This document shows positions 36,990-48,149 of a stretch of 64,000 bases of DNA, piece by piece. The translations under genes and the position numbers were made by a program. This DNA is from Macrostomum hystrix. Taxonomy: Eukaryota > Animalia > Platyhelminthes. The number at the start of each line of letters is the position of its first letter. Position 1 is the first letter of the stretch. The notes below the pieces were generated by a model. It saw nothing but the letters and a program-made list of their open reading frames with translations. It did no database searches and had not been told where the DNA came from. The DNA is taken from NCBI GenBank assembly GCA_950097015.1, contig CATNEN010000001.1, forward strand, positions 9,982,001 to 10,046,000. Reading direction: 5' to 3'.

Positions 36990-39900
36990 ATGCCCCGCTC
37001 GTTCAGCAGTTTGTCAGCCGCATCGGCTGGCAGCTTTTTGAAGCCGTCCACTGTAACCGCAGCAGCAGCAGCGGCAGCAGCCGCCGCAGTCGGCATGCTC
37101 GGCGCCTCTCGCCTTCTGCTTCGCTGGCGTCGTTCTCGTCGACTGACTGAGCTGCGGACGCGTCGGCAAGCGGAGAAGCGCGAGGCGAAGGCTCGATTCG
37201 GAGAACAGCTGAGCGCCGAACTGCGCAAGCAGCAGCTCACGGAAAGTGAGCGCTCTGCCATACTCAGCCTGAGCACAGGGGAGCTGCTGAGCAGGCTGCG
37301 GGCCAAAGCGCTGGACCCAGCCCGAGTGCTTCTGGCCTACCAGTCGCGAGCTTATGAAGTTGACCGCGAGCTAAACTGCGTTATAGAATTTCTTCAGCCA
37401 GATCTGGCCGGCGTCAATCTAGACGGTCCACTGGCTGGCTTGCCAGTTAGCGTCAAGGAGAACATGGCAGTTGCTGGGCACTACAGCTGCTTTGGACTGG
37501 CAGCCTTTGCGGATCTGCCCCTGCCTACACAGGACTGCATCACTGTGGCGATGCTGCGCTCGCTCGGAGGCGTTCCGTTCGTTCGGACTGGCGTGCCGCA
37601 GACCATGATGACCGTGCTTAGCCACAACCCCATCGATGGGGCAGTGAAGAACCCGGCTGGTGAAGGCCGCTCTCCAGGCGGCAGCAGCTCCGGCGAGGCC
37701 GCCTTGGTCGCCGCTGGCGGTTCTCCGCTGGGTCTCGGTACCGACATCGGCGGCAGCATTCGCCTGCCCGCCGCCTGGTGCGGCGTCGCCGGATTCAAGC
37801 CAACAGCGGGTCGACTTTCGCGTCAGGGTCACCGAGGAATCGGCGTTCAGAAGCTCGTGCCCTCTTCTTGGGGACCCATCGGGCCAGATGTGGATTCACT
37901 GGCCACCATCACAGCAGCGTTCTGTACCAGCGACCTGCACGAACATCGAGACCCAAGTATTCCGCCGCTGGGATTCAATGCCAGCGTCTATTCCGACACG
38001 CGTCCATTGCGCATCGGCTACTACCTTCACGATCATCAGTTCCAGGCGGTGCCAAGCGCTGAACGGGCCGTCAGGGAAACAGTCGACCGGCTTGCCAGCC
38101 GAGGCCACACCCTCGTGCCCTGGGACCCCCCGATCCGACAGCTGAAGCTGCTGGAGACCTACCTGCGCGCTGTGACCTGTGACGGTGCTGCTGTTCTTGA
38201 CGCTGCTTTGGACGGCGATCAAGTGTCCTACGCTGTGAAGCTCGGGCTTCATGCCATTCAGGTGAGACTTGTTTCAGATATGATAGGAGTGAGACCTAAC
38301 CTATCAGTTGAGACAACTCATATTGAGTAGACTTATTAATTTGCCAAATAATTTTCTCGAAAAGAATTCTAGAGGTATTTGCGAGTATTATACACCCGCT
38401 GAAGGATCTAGGATCTAAGGATCTAGAAGAGATCACTCTAAGGATCTAGAAGAGATCACTCTAAGGATCTAGAAGAGATCACTCTAAGGATATAGAAGAG
38501 ATCACTCTAAGGATCTAGAAGAGATCACTCTAAGGATCTAGAAGAGATCACTCTAAGGATCTAGAAGAGATCACTCTAAAGATCTAGAAGAGATCACTCT
38601 AAGGATATAGAAGAGATCACTCTAAGGATCTAGAAGAGATCACTCTAAGGATCTATATAAGATCACTCTAAGGATCCAGAAGAGATCACTCTAAGGATTC
38701 AGAAGAGATCACTCTAAGGAAATAGAAGAGATCACTCTAAGGATCTAGAAGAGATCACTCTAAGGATCTATATAAGATCACTCTAAGGATCCAGAAGAGA
38801 TCACTCTAAGGATCTATATAAGATCACTCTAAGGATCCAGAAGAGATCACTCTAAGGATCCATAAGAGATCACTCTAAGGATCCAGAAGAGATCACTCTA
38901 AGGATCCAGAAGAGATCACTCTAAGGATCTACATGAGATCACTCTAAGGATCTAGAAGAGATCCCTCTAAGGATCTAGAAGAGATCACTCTAAGGATCTA
39001 AATGAGATCACTCTAAGGATCTACATGAGATCACTCTAAGGATCTACATGAGATCACTCTAAGGATCTACATGAGATCACTCTAAGGATCTACATGAGAT
39101 CACTCTAAGGATCTACATGAGATCACTCTAAGGATCTAGAGGTCGAGTCCAATCATATTTGACGCTGCGGTTGAAAAATTCCTATAGAACAGGAATTCGG
39201 TGGGTGTTGAAAAATTGAACCTCTTGAAAAACTCCATGCAGAACAGAGCAGATCTGGGCTGTTGGTTTGGATTGTGGGCCACTCTGCACCATAGACAAAT
39301 GTTCATTAAAAAAAGCAATGGAAAGGGTTCAGATAATTGGTCCTTTTAAAGTCGTGAGAAGCTTTCCTTCCTACAGAACGAAAAGCCAATAAATACGCAA
39401 CATTAGAGTATTTGTGGAGGTTTAACAGGAAGCGAACTGTGTTCTAGTATCTCATTCATGCTCTTCGATTTGTCAATTAGTAGAATAAACCCCCCTAAAT
39501 TTAAATTTAGGAGACAAATTAGCTTCAACTGTTAACACCGATGTCGATGTGTCTTGTGTTAGTATGAGTACTTGAAATACTCGTAGTTACTCGTAAACTG
39601 GAGGGCTGCAGGCCTTGGAACCTTTAGTGACCTTTTAGTGACACTAGAACTGTAGCCAGCTAGAAGGAAATTCTGCCCATTTCGCTGACTCCCGAGCACA
39701 CAGATACTGTACGCACACACTGTAGGCACACACTCACACAGGTGTGTACATCTGCCCTGACTCATCGTCTGGCAGTGTACACTCTCACTGTGCCTTGGAG
39801 GTTGGCCGTCAACTGCGTAAATTGCACGACAAGCCCCCAAGCCTTCTCTCCGCAGCCGCGCCCCAAATAAATGTGGCTGACGCCCTGTTGCTTTGTAGTT

Positions 39901-40480
39901 GCTGGAGTATTAAGTTTGCTCACAAGGACTCTATAATAGCCGCTTCCGCTTCTTGCCTTCCCTAAAGATTCCGTGGCCGGGACGATGGCTGCGTCAGCGC
40001 TGGTGTCAGCTGACTGGCAACTGGGAGAGTGCGGCATGGCTGTCAGCCAGTGTCCCAATGCCCAGCGTGCTGGCCATGTGGAGCTTCAACCAGCAGCTCG
40101 CCGACTTGCGTGACAACTTCATGAACCGCTGGCGAGATGACAAATTAGACGCAGTCCTGTGTCCGGCTGTCGGTTGTCCCGCCGTTCACCTGGAACCAAA
40201 GGAACAGTTTATAGGCTGCCTAAGCTACCTGGTGTTGTACAATCTGATCAACTTCCCAGCTGGAAGTGTGCCCGTAGGCAGAGTATCATCGGCTGACGTC
40301 GCTGCCATGTCAACTTATCCTGTTGGCAAATCTATCAGCCATGCCAGCGTGGCTAGAATGCAGCCGGGCAGCGAAGACCTTCCAGTGAGTGTGCAGTGCG
40401 TTGCCCTGCCGTGGCGCGATGAGACATGCCTGCGACTCATGCGAGAAGTGGAAACTGCCTGGCAAGATCATGACAATTGA
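36990..40480 (+). CDS. faah: Fatty acid amide hydrolase-like amidase (amidase signature family), ~594 aa, 2 exons
   Basis: Exons 36990-38261 and 39968-40480, phase 0, GT-AG. Lys-Ser-Ser catalytic motifs GLPVSVKE, PGGSSSGE and GTDIGGSIRLPAAWCG; FVRTGVPQ; RIGYY; C-terminal YNLINFPAGSVPV and LPVSVQCVALPWRDETCLRLMREVE as in FAAH1. Start codon inferred. Confidence 0.9.
38418..39138. repeat. 23-bp minisatellite (aaggatctagaagagatcactct)n in the FAAH intron
   Basis: ~31 tandem units; variants are polarised (ctagaa, then ccagaa/ctatat, then ctacat). Confidence 0.95.
39600..39880 (-). repeat. Copy of the dispersed repeat family (probable second SINE family)
   Basis: Reverse complement matches 47119-47340: gggggcttgtcgtgcaatttacgc...cagtgagagtgtacactgcc.gacgatgag..tcagggcagatgtacacacctgtgtgagtgtgtgcct. 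Confidence 0.8.
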
Positions 40481-40526
40481 AGCTTAACGCTTCACTTAGC
40501 TTTAACAATCATGTTTGTGAACTCGC

Positions 40527-41885
40527 GACCAGATTGTGTCTGTGTGACCAGATTGTGTCTGTGTGACCAGATTGTGTCTGTGTGACCAGATTGTGTCTGT
40601 GTGACCAGATTGTGTCTGTGTGACCAGATTGTGTCTGTGTGACCAGATTGTGAATGTGAACCTGTGTGACAAGACTGTGAACCTGTGTGACCAGACTGTG
40701 AATGTGAACCTATGTGACCAGACTGTGAACCTATGTGACCAGACTGTGAACCTGTGTGACCAGACTGTGAACCTATGTGACCAGACTGTGAACCTGTGTG
40801 ACCAGACTGTGAACCTGTGTGACCAGACTGTGAACCTGTGTGACCAGACTGTGAACCTATGTGACCAGATTGTGAATGTGAACCTGTGTGACCAGATTGT
40901 GAATGTGAACCTGTGTGACCAGACTATGAACCTATGTGACCAGACTGTGAACCTATGTGACCAGACTGTGAACCTGTGTGGCCAGACTGTGAACCTGTGT
41001 GACCAGACTGTGAACCTGTGTGACCAGACTGTGAACCTATGTGACCAGACTGTGAACCTGTGGGACCAGACTGTGAACCTATGTGACCAGACTGTGAACC
41101 TTTGTGACCAGACTGTGAACCTATGTGACCAGACTGTGAACCTATGTGACCAGATTGTGAATGTGAACCTGTGTGACTAGACTGTGAACCTATGTGACCA
41201 GATTGGTAATGTGAACCTGTGTGACCAGACTGTGAGCCTATGTGACCAGATTGTGAATGTGAACCTGTGTGACCAGACTGTGAACCTATGTGACCAGATT
41301 GTGAATGTGAACTTGTGTGACCAGACTGTGAACCTATGTGACCAGATTGTGAATGTGAACCTGTGTGACTAGACTGTGAACCTATGTGACCAGATTGGTA
41401 ATGTGAACCGGTGTGACCAGACTGTGAACCTATGTGACCATGCAGATTGTGAATGTGAACCTGGTTGACCAGACTGTGAACTTATGTGACCAGACCGTGA
41501 ACTTATGTGACCAAACTGTGAACCTGTGTGACCAAACTGTGAACCTGTGTGACCAGACTGTGAACCTGTGTGACCAGACTGTGAACCTGTGTGACCAGAT
41601 TGTGAATGTGAACCTGTGTGACCAGACTGTGAACTTATGTGACCAGACCGTGAACTTATGTGACCAGACTGTGAACCTGTGTGACCAGATTGTGAACCTG
41701 TGTGACCAGACCGTGAACTTATGTGACCAGACCGTGAACCTATGTGACCAAACTGTGAACCTGTGTGACCAGATTGTGAATGTGAACCCGTGACCAGATT
41801 GTAAATGTAAAACCTTGACCAGATTGGGAATCTTTGTGACCAGACTGACCAGATTGTGTGAACTTGTAACCAGATCGTGAACATC
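40527..41885. repeat. 19/21/27-bp minisatellite (gaccagactgtgaacctgtgt)n directly after the FAAH stop codon
   Basis: Tandem units; AATAAA at ~41923 follows the array. Confidence 0.95.
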
Positions 41886-42191
41886 ATTTAGTATGACATA
41901 TTGTGAACCTTTAGGACCTTGTTAATAAAAGAGCTTGTCTCGTTTTGTTTGTCAAATTGTCATCGGCTTTCTAAGGAATTATGAGCGCACATAAGATAAT
42001 TCCAACCTAAAAGATTCCATATGCAATGTGCCCGAAATGAAATGGCTTGCAACAAAAAATAATGAATTAATTATTTAAAGTTATAGACAATTAAATCGTT
42101 TTAAACTTTTTTTTCTTTGTTGTTTTATGCATTGTATTTGTGTTCACGTGATTTGACCGTCAGTCTCTTGTCTGATTGATCAAAAATTAGA

Positions 42192-42650
42192 ATCTGGAGT
42201 GACCTTACCTATCTGGAGTGACCTTACCTATCTGGAGTGACCTTACCTATCTGGAGTGACCTTACCTATCTGGAGTGACCTTACCTATTTGGAGTGACCT
42301 ATCTGGAGTGTAACACACTAAAAGTGGGCAGACCTCGCGCTGGCAGACCGAGACCGGTTTCTGGCTTGTTTGCCTTCGTCAGTCAGCCATAGCCACACGC
42401 AGTCCTCTCCCACCAATCTCAGTGTGCACAGAAGTCTCTTTTAACCTTGCCATTTTTATGGCGATACTTTTGGTGTTATGTGAGAGTTTTGCAGCCAAGC
42501 CTTTACTTTTCTACTGTTGTCAGTAGTCTGAATTGTATCTCACATGGAGTGACCTTACCAATCTAGAGTGACCTTACCTTTATGGAGTGCCTTACCAATC
42601 TAGAGTGACCTTACCTTTATGGAGTGCCTTACCAATCTAGAGTGACCCAT
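42192..42650. repeat. 19-bp minisatellite (tctggagtgaccttaccta) interrupted by an inserted element
   Basis: Units at 42192-42310 resume at ~42544-42648. Confidence 0.85.
42310..42543 (+). mobile_element. ~235-bp dispersed element, copy 1
   Basis: gtaacacactaaaagtggg...cctcgcgctggcagaccgagaccggtttctggc...gtagtctgaattgtatctc; closely matches 63502-63740 with shared ends. Confidence 0.75.
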
Positions 42651-43289
42651 CCGTTGCTTTAGTCTATGGCCTATAGTCCTAGTTGTCTTGATGTGCAGTT
42701 GATTGCACTATGCTGCGCAGAATCGCTGAGCAATCCACCGACGACAGTCTCGTTGAACCGAAAGTGCCAAAATTGTTAAATTAGATGGAAATCCCATAGC
42801 AGACACAACTTTAATTACTAATAATTGATAGTACGACCCGAATCCAGTCGTACAATGAACAAGTTTGCGTTGTCAAATTCAAATAATGATATAATTCTTT
42901 CGTCCAAACAGACACCTAGTTAATCTGTGATTCAAGTTAAAGAGTGCATTCAAAATCTGATACTGGGTAACATATGCAACCGACAAGACAGAACGTTGTA
43001 GCCTCCACCGTCTAAACAAAAAGTTTCATGGCAACCCCAGTCACTGACGTTCTGTTCCAAAAGCTAGACATTTTTCATGCAGCACATACCGCAATGCACT
43101 GAAAGCCAGCTGGTGGTCCATGTGTTCTGTCAGCACCTGTTGCAATCAAGCTTTGATTCTATGTTAAACCGTCTGCAGATTTTGTCATTCGGCCCTGATA
43201 TACGGACAGTCTGTGGTGCCTTGCGTTTGGGCTAACAAACCAGCTGATTTAGAATTTGGGGAGAAAAGTTAATGTTTATATTTCAAGGT

Positions 43290-43470
43290 TCCTTCGCTCG
43301 AATCCGTGGCAAGTCCACATTAATTTGTTGCGCTTGTAACGGTAGAGTGTACACTGCTGACGGTGAGAAAGTCAGGGCAGATGTACATACATGTGTGTGT
43401 GTGCCTGTATGTGCCCAGGTGGCAGCAGAATGGACATAATTGCCTCCATTGCCTCCTCACTGGCTGCGGT
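43290..43470 (+). repeat. Copy of the dispersed repeat family, with an upstream B-box-like gctcgaatcc
   Basis: ccacattaatttg...agagtgtacactgctgacggtgagaaagtcagggcagatgtaca matches the 39.7 and 47.2 kb copies. Confidence 0.65.
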
Positions 43471-44170
43471 TTGACATTTGACTTATGATCACACTCAGAG
43501 GCAAGTGCAGTAACCTGTACTATTACATAAGTAATCTGGCTTAGAAGATCGCCAGTGTTGGTGGGTCGCCTCGACTTGTCAAGAATACTTCAGGGTCTTC
43601 AGAAAAATCATCGAAAATTAGGAGACAAATCTATGGTCGCTGTGAAAATTGGTCGCTTCAAGTTGGTTACTGTGAAAATTCTCCCCGTTGCGTTCCGGAA
43701 CGGAATTCCACTTTTTCGCAGTTCCTAGTTCGCCATCAACGAACAAAAGCTTGTACCCTCCCCGGCTTGATAAGCAGCATGAGTGCTTCAAAGCTGAACT
43801 TTTTCACCTCTGATGCTTAGGGCACCATTCACAGCGCTCTTGCTGTCTGAAGATGCCACTGATAGGTATGGACGCATGGGAACTGTTCTAGTGCCACACA
43901 CCCCTCATCCCCAGAAAATTCTAACTTCTGTTGCTGACTTCCCGCTGTGCAACCTCGACATTTTTTGGATTTCTCCCGCATGTTGCGCCTGCTTATTAAT
44001 TTCTAAACTCGACATCCAAGGATGAGGTTTGGCGAGTTTGTGAGGTCAGGAGCATGAACTGACTTCCCATTGGTTCTCAGGCCGTTTCCATTTTTACTTT
44101 GCAAGCGTTTTAACTTTCCCATACAAGATCTGGCTAGCAAAGAAAGCCAGCAAAACACAGCTGCTTCAGC

Positions 44171-47100
44171 ATGCCTCCAAACCTCAAGGCTGCCGCAGCT
44201 GTACTTCACGACTATGGTCAGCGGTCGACGCTTCATGGCCTCAGCCACATGCACCAGAGCGGCGATCCGTGGCGCCGCGCCTTCTGGGTGATCCTGACTT
44301 TCGGAGGCTGCGCCGCCTGCTTCTACCATACTTACGCTACCATCCTGAACTACCTGGAGTCGCCCATCACAAGCATCTTCCGTGACGAGGGCGTCCCGGC
44401 TGGCTTTCCCGACGTAACTATCTGCAATCTGAAGCCTGTGTCAGAGACGCTGCTGCACACTCCGTCAGAACGGCATCTGCTGTTCCAGCACCTGGAAACC
44501 AACTGGAACTTCTTCCGGAACTGGCTGCCCGAGGAGCGAAAGCGTCGAGTCAACGAGACTCGCGTCGATTACAAGCTGCGTCAGAGGGAGCTGTTCAAGA
44601 CCTATATGGACGTGTTCTGGGCAACCGATGACACCAGAGACTTTGGTCAGAGCGATCTGTACATGCTGCTGTCGTGCATTTACAAAGGCCGTCCTTGCAA
44701 CAGCGCCAGCCTCAAGCTGATTCAGCACAATCGCTACTGGAATTGCTACACCTTTCTGCCTCCTGCAAGCGATAGAAGCATCGACAGCAGTGATCAGAAT
44801 AGTGGACTCCAGCTGATCCTGTTCACAGACTCGAACTTTGACTCCGACAGACTCAATGACCAGGTGCAGTACCTGCGCAAAAAACGCACCAATGAAGAGA
44901 TGAGCGATCCCTACGATCTAATGGAGTATCTGAGCTTTGGTGACAGAACCATGAACCAGGTTCTCACAGGCAATAGTTGGGAGGCCGAGGGCTTGCGCAT
45001 TTTCGTCAACCGGGATGGCCAGCATCCAATGACTGCCGGACTGGCTTTCGATATTTCAAGCGGCGCCTCAACCACAATAGAATTCTCTGAGGTGCAGGTG
45101 AATGCGCTTAATAGCCCACCGGAGCACGTGTGCAACGAGAAACCCGCGGAGGAAATCTGTTATGTGCGATTCTTTGGAGACGGTGCAACGAGGACTGGCT
45201 ACAAAACCTATAGCCTGACCCAATCCCTAGCTGTGATTGAGGCCAAACAGAGCTATGTGTACGACAAATGCAGCTGCTACTCTCACCTGTTACCGTTTCG
45301 TCACAACACCTCCCAGTTGTGCCTGTTCGCACAGCTTGGCGAACGTCACCGGCCAACACAGGCGCTGCTGGACAGACTTCGCTGCCATGCGGCTGCCTAT
45401 CGAGAGGCCGAGAGTCGAACCGCCGACCTCATGAAGAAGATGGAGTCCTTCACACCGTGTGTCAACTGGAAGCTGCACGCGACCAAAGCTGAGGTGCCCT
45501 GGCCGCGAGCTGACGAATTGATTGATTTTATCAATTATATCGTAATACCTCGCTTCATTGAGCCGGAGAACGACGGAACATCCCGAATGCATCACCTGCT
45601 GGGCAGTTCCAACTCGAGTCGTGGCCAATCAGTGCTTAGAAATCTGTTCAACTCGAGCTGCAGGCCGGGCGGTGCCAATGCCAGCCTGGAGGACGCGTGG
45701 TGCCTCTCCAAACACAAACTCGTCTCCAATGTGGCCAGGGTGTGGATCAAACCGGACTCACCCAGGGCTGCGGTTTACCTGGAGGATTACAGCTACGACT
45801 GGCCCGAGGCGCTTAGCGAAATCGGTGGCATATTCGGACTGTGGATGGGTGAGGCTCGTGAGTGCGCTTGTAGCCCAATGGTCCGGAGTTCCAATTCAGT
45901 CCAAAGGAAGCTACTCGTATTTATAACTCTAAGCAAGACAGTTAACTTGAAGAGGTGATCGGCAGAGGGGGTAACGCGTTTGACTCTCGCAACAAGGTCC
46001 CTGAGCCCGAGACAATTTTAATTTGGGGCGCAGCCACCGATAGTACTTGCAGTTATAGAATTAATTAAAAAATGTAATTAATTATAAATAAAATAAAATT
46101 TATATTATCAGTATTATAAGACACTTAACGGCCGTTGCCTTCACCCCATCCAGCTGCAAAATGGGTAGCTGCATCAGCTGTGGTAAAAACTGTGCTGGTT
46201 GTTGCAGCCTCCGCCGCCCTTTGGACTGCGCCAGCGCTACTGGCTTTACATCTACCTAGTTGATAATGTAATTTGCGATGAAGGTTCATTAGTTTTTTAA
46301 GTGCCTTACTTAAGTGCAGTAAGTATAGCCTATTTCGTCTTATTTAAGTAGGGATTATATCTGGAGTCAGGAGTGATGACGAAGACGAACCAAGGAGAGC
46401 GAATCCACGCTGTCAACAGTTTCTTTTAATCCGAACCCAAAGTGGATGCTGTTTATTCAGGTGACACAAGTGACGGAAGTCGCAAACCTATTAGTTGGGC
46501 CCAGTTTTCAACTAACCAATCTAGCCAGGATGCAAAACTGATATGCGCAGAACACGCCAGCAAAACAGAATCGTGTGACTCCAGTCTGAAGGTCAGGACA
46601 GAAAGATGCTTTGAAAAAACATCACCTAGCTGTCTAGCTATAGTTTGGTTACTGCCAGTGGCACAAACATTGGGGTCAGAAATTCCTTAGCAAGTCTGTA
46701 CATTGCCTTTCACCAGCTAAAACTTACGTGTTAAAAAATTAATAGTTAATTCATGCAAAAATCGTATAATCGATGAGACCTATGAAGCAGATTTCAGTGA
46801 CTGACAGAAGATCAGTTGATAATCAAATCTAAGATGTGAGATGCTGTAATTGAATTATTTTTTAGCACTTGAGCACTATACTATAATAGTCCAGACCAAG
46901 TCCACAAGTGTGTTATATCGTTAGTTCTTTATCACAGCAGTTGGCTAACGTGGCTCGTAGTTCGTATTGCGAAAATATAAACCATCCTAATAGAGAGACT
47001 TTCTCCAGAGAAAAGAACCTGTGTCTAAGCTATTAATTTCAGATGGATAGATATTAGATATGACAGCCACCTTGGTAGAGTCAGTGTCACAGCCGCAGCT

Positions 47101-47997
47101 ATTGCACAACCCTGCGAACGGGGGGCTTGTTGTGCAATTTACGCCCTAGAGGGCCAACCTCAAAAGTACAGTGAGAGTGTACACTGCCTGACGATGAGAA
47201 AGTCAGGGCAGATGTACACACCTGTGTGAGTGTGTGCCTGCGTACAGTATCTGTGAGCGTGTGCGCTCAGGAGTCAGTCAGTCAGAAATGGGCAGAATTG
47301 CCCCCTCGCTGGCTGAGTGTCTGGTGTCACCAAGTTATGTGCGATTGCCAGCAGCCCTCCTGCAATTATTATAATTATTATTAACTCTGCGAACTTCTGT
47401 ATAGTCCATGGACTGGGGGCTGCCAAATGCATCTGAATTTCTCCTACGAGAACTATTATTACTAGAACCGGGTGTACTAAAGCAGTTGAGAATTGATTAG
47501 ATCGTTCCATCTAGGCCATTGCTTCCTTCCAGCATCCTTGCACTTCGCTCTAACATCTAGGCAACATGCGGTTGTACAAGCGTTGCTAAAATTCGTACTA
47601 AAAACAATAACCAAACGATTTCCCGGCAGGCATTTCCCTGTTGAGCGTCTGCGAGTTTATCGAGCTGATCTTCATTCTAGCCAGCGCCTGCAGCAGCAAG
47701 AGTGTCGGCGACGGGCGCTTGCTGCGTCTGCAGGACGTCTGCGGCAGTGTAGGAGGCGCCGCTGCCACCGGTTTGACCCCTGCCGAAATGGAAGCCCTTC
47801 TGCGTCAGGCACTACTCAACCAGAGCTTAGAAGAGGAGGACATGTTAAGCCTCTGGTCAGCCAGAGTTGTCAAGCAGCAGCAGCAGCAGCAGCAGCAGCC
47901 GCTTGACCAAGAGCTGCCAAGCAAAGCCGACGATGGGTATCGGAACTCACCAACAAATAGGCAGCCGATGCAATTTCAGCAGCAGCCCCAGATTTGA
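44171..47997 (+). CDS. DEG/ENaC superfamily channel subunit, FaNaC-like, ~681 aa, 2 exons
   Basis: Exons 44171-45848 and 47630-47997, phase 1, GT-AG. STLHG motif, TM1 RRAFWVILTF, FPDVTICN, YWNCYTF, GLQLILF, Cys-rich thumb. TM2 LSEIGGIFGLWMG|ISLLSVCEFIEL with the GxS filter completed by splicing. Poly-Q tail. Confidence 0.9.
47119..47340 (+). repeat. Copy of the dispersed repeat family in the DEG/ENaC intron
   Basis: Homologous to the 39.6-39.9 kb, 43.3 kb and 21.7 kb copies. Confidence 0.8.
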
Positions 47998-48149
47998 CCC
48001 TTCCACAGTTAGATGCGCTGGTTTGCGTCTTGAATGGCCGAATTCCCTAATAAATCATTTCGAATGAGGTCGGGACCCCAAGGACCCTCGAATAGTGCAT
48101 TTCAATTCGAACGCAATGCAAATTAATTCTGAAGACAATTTTCGGTAAT

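Noticed and set aside
40620-41887. TVNLCDQ repeat ORFs resembling a repeat or antifreeze protein
   Set aside because: Minisatellite with units divisible by 3; no true ATG start or signal peptide; broken by stops and frameshifts.
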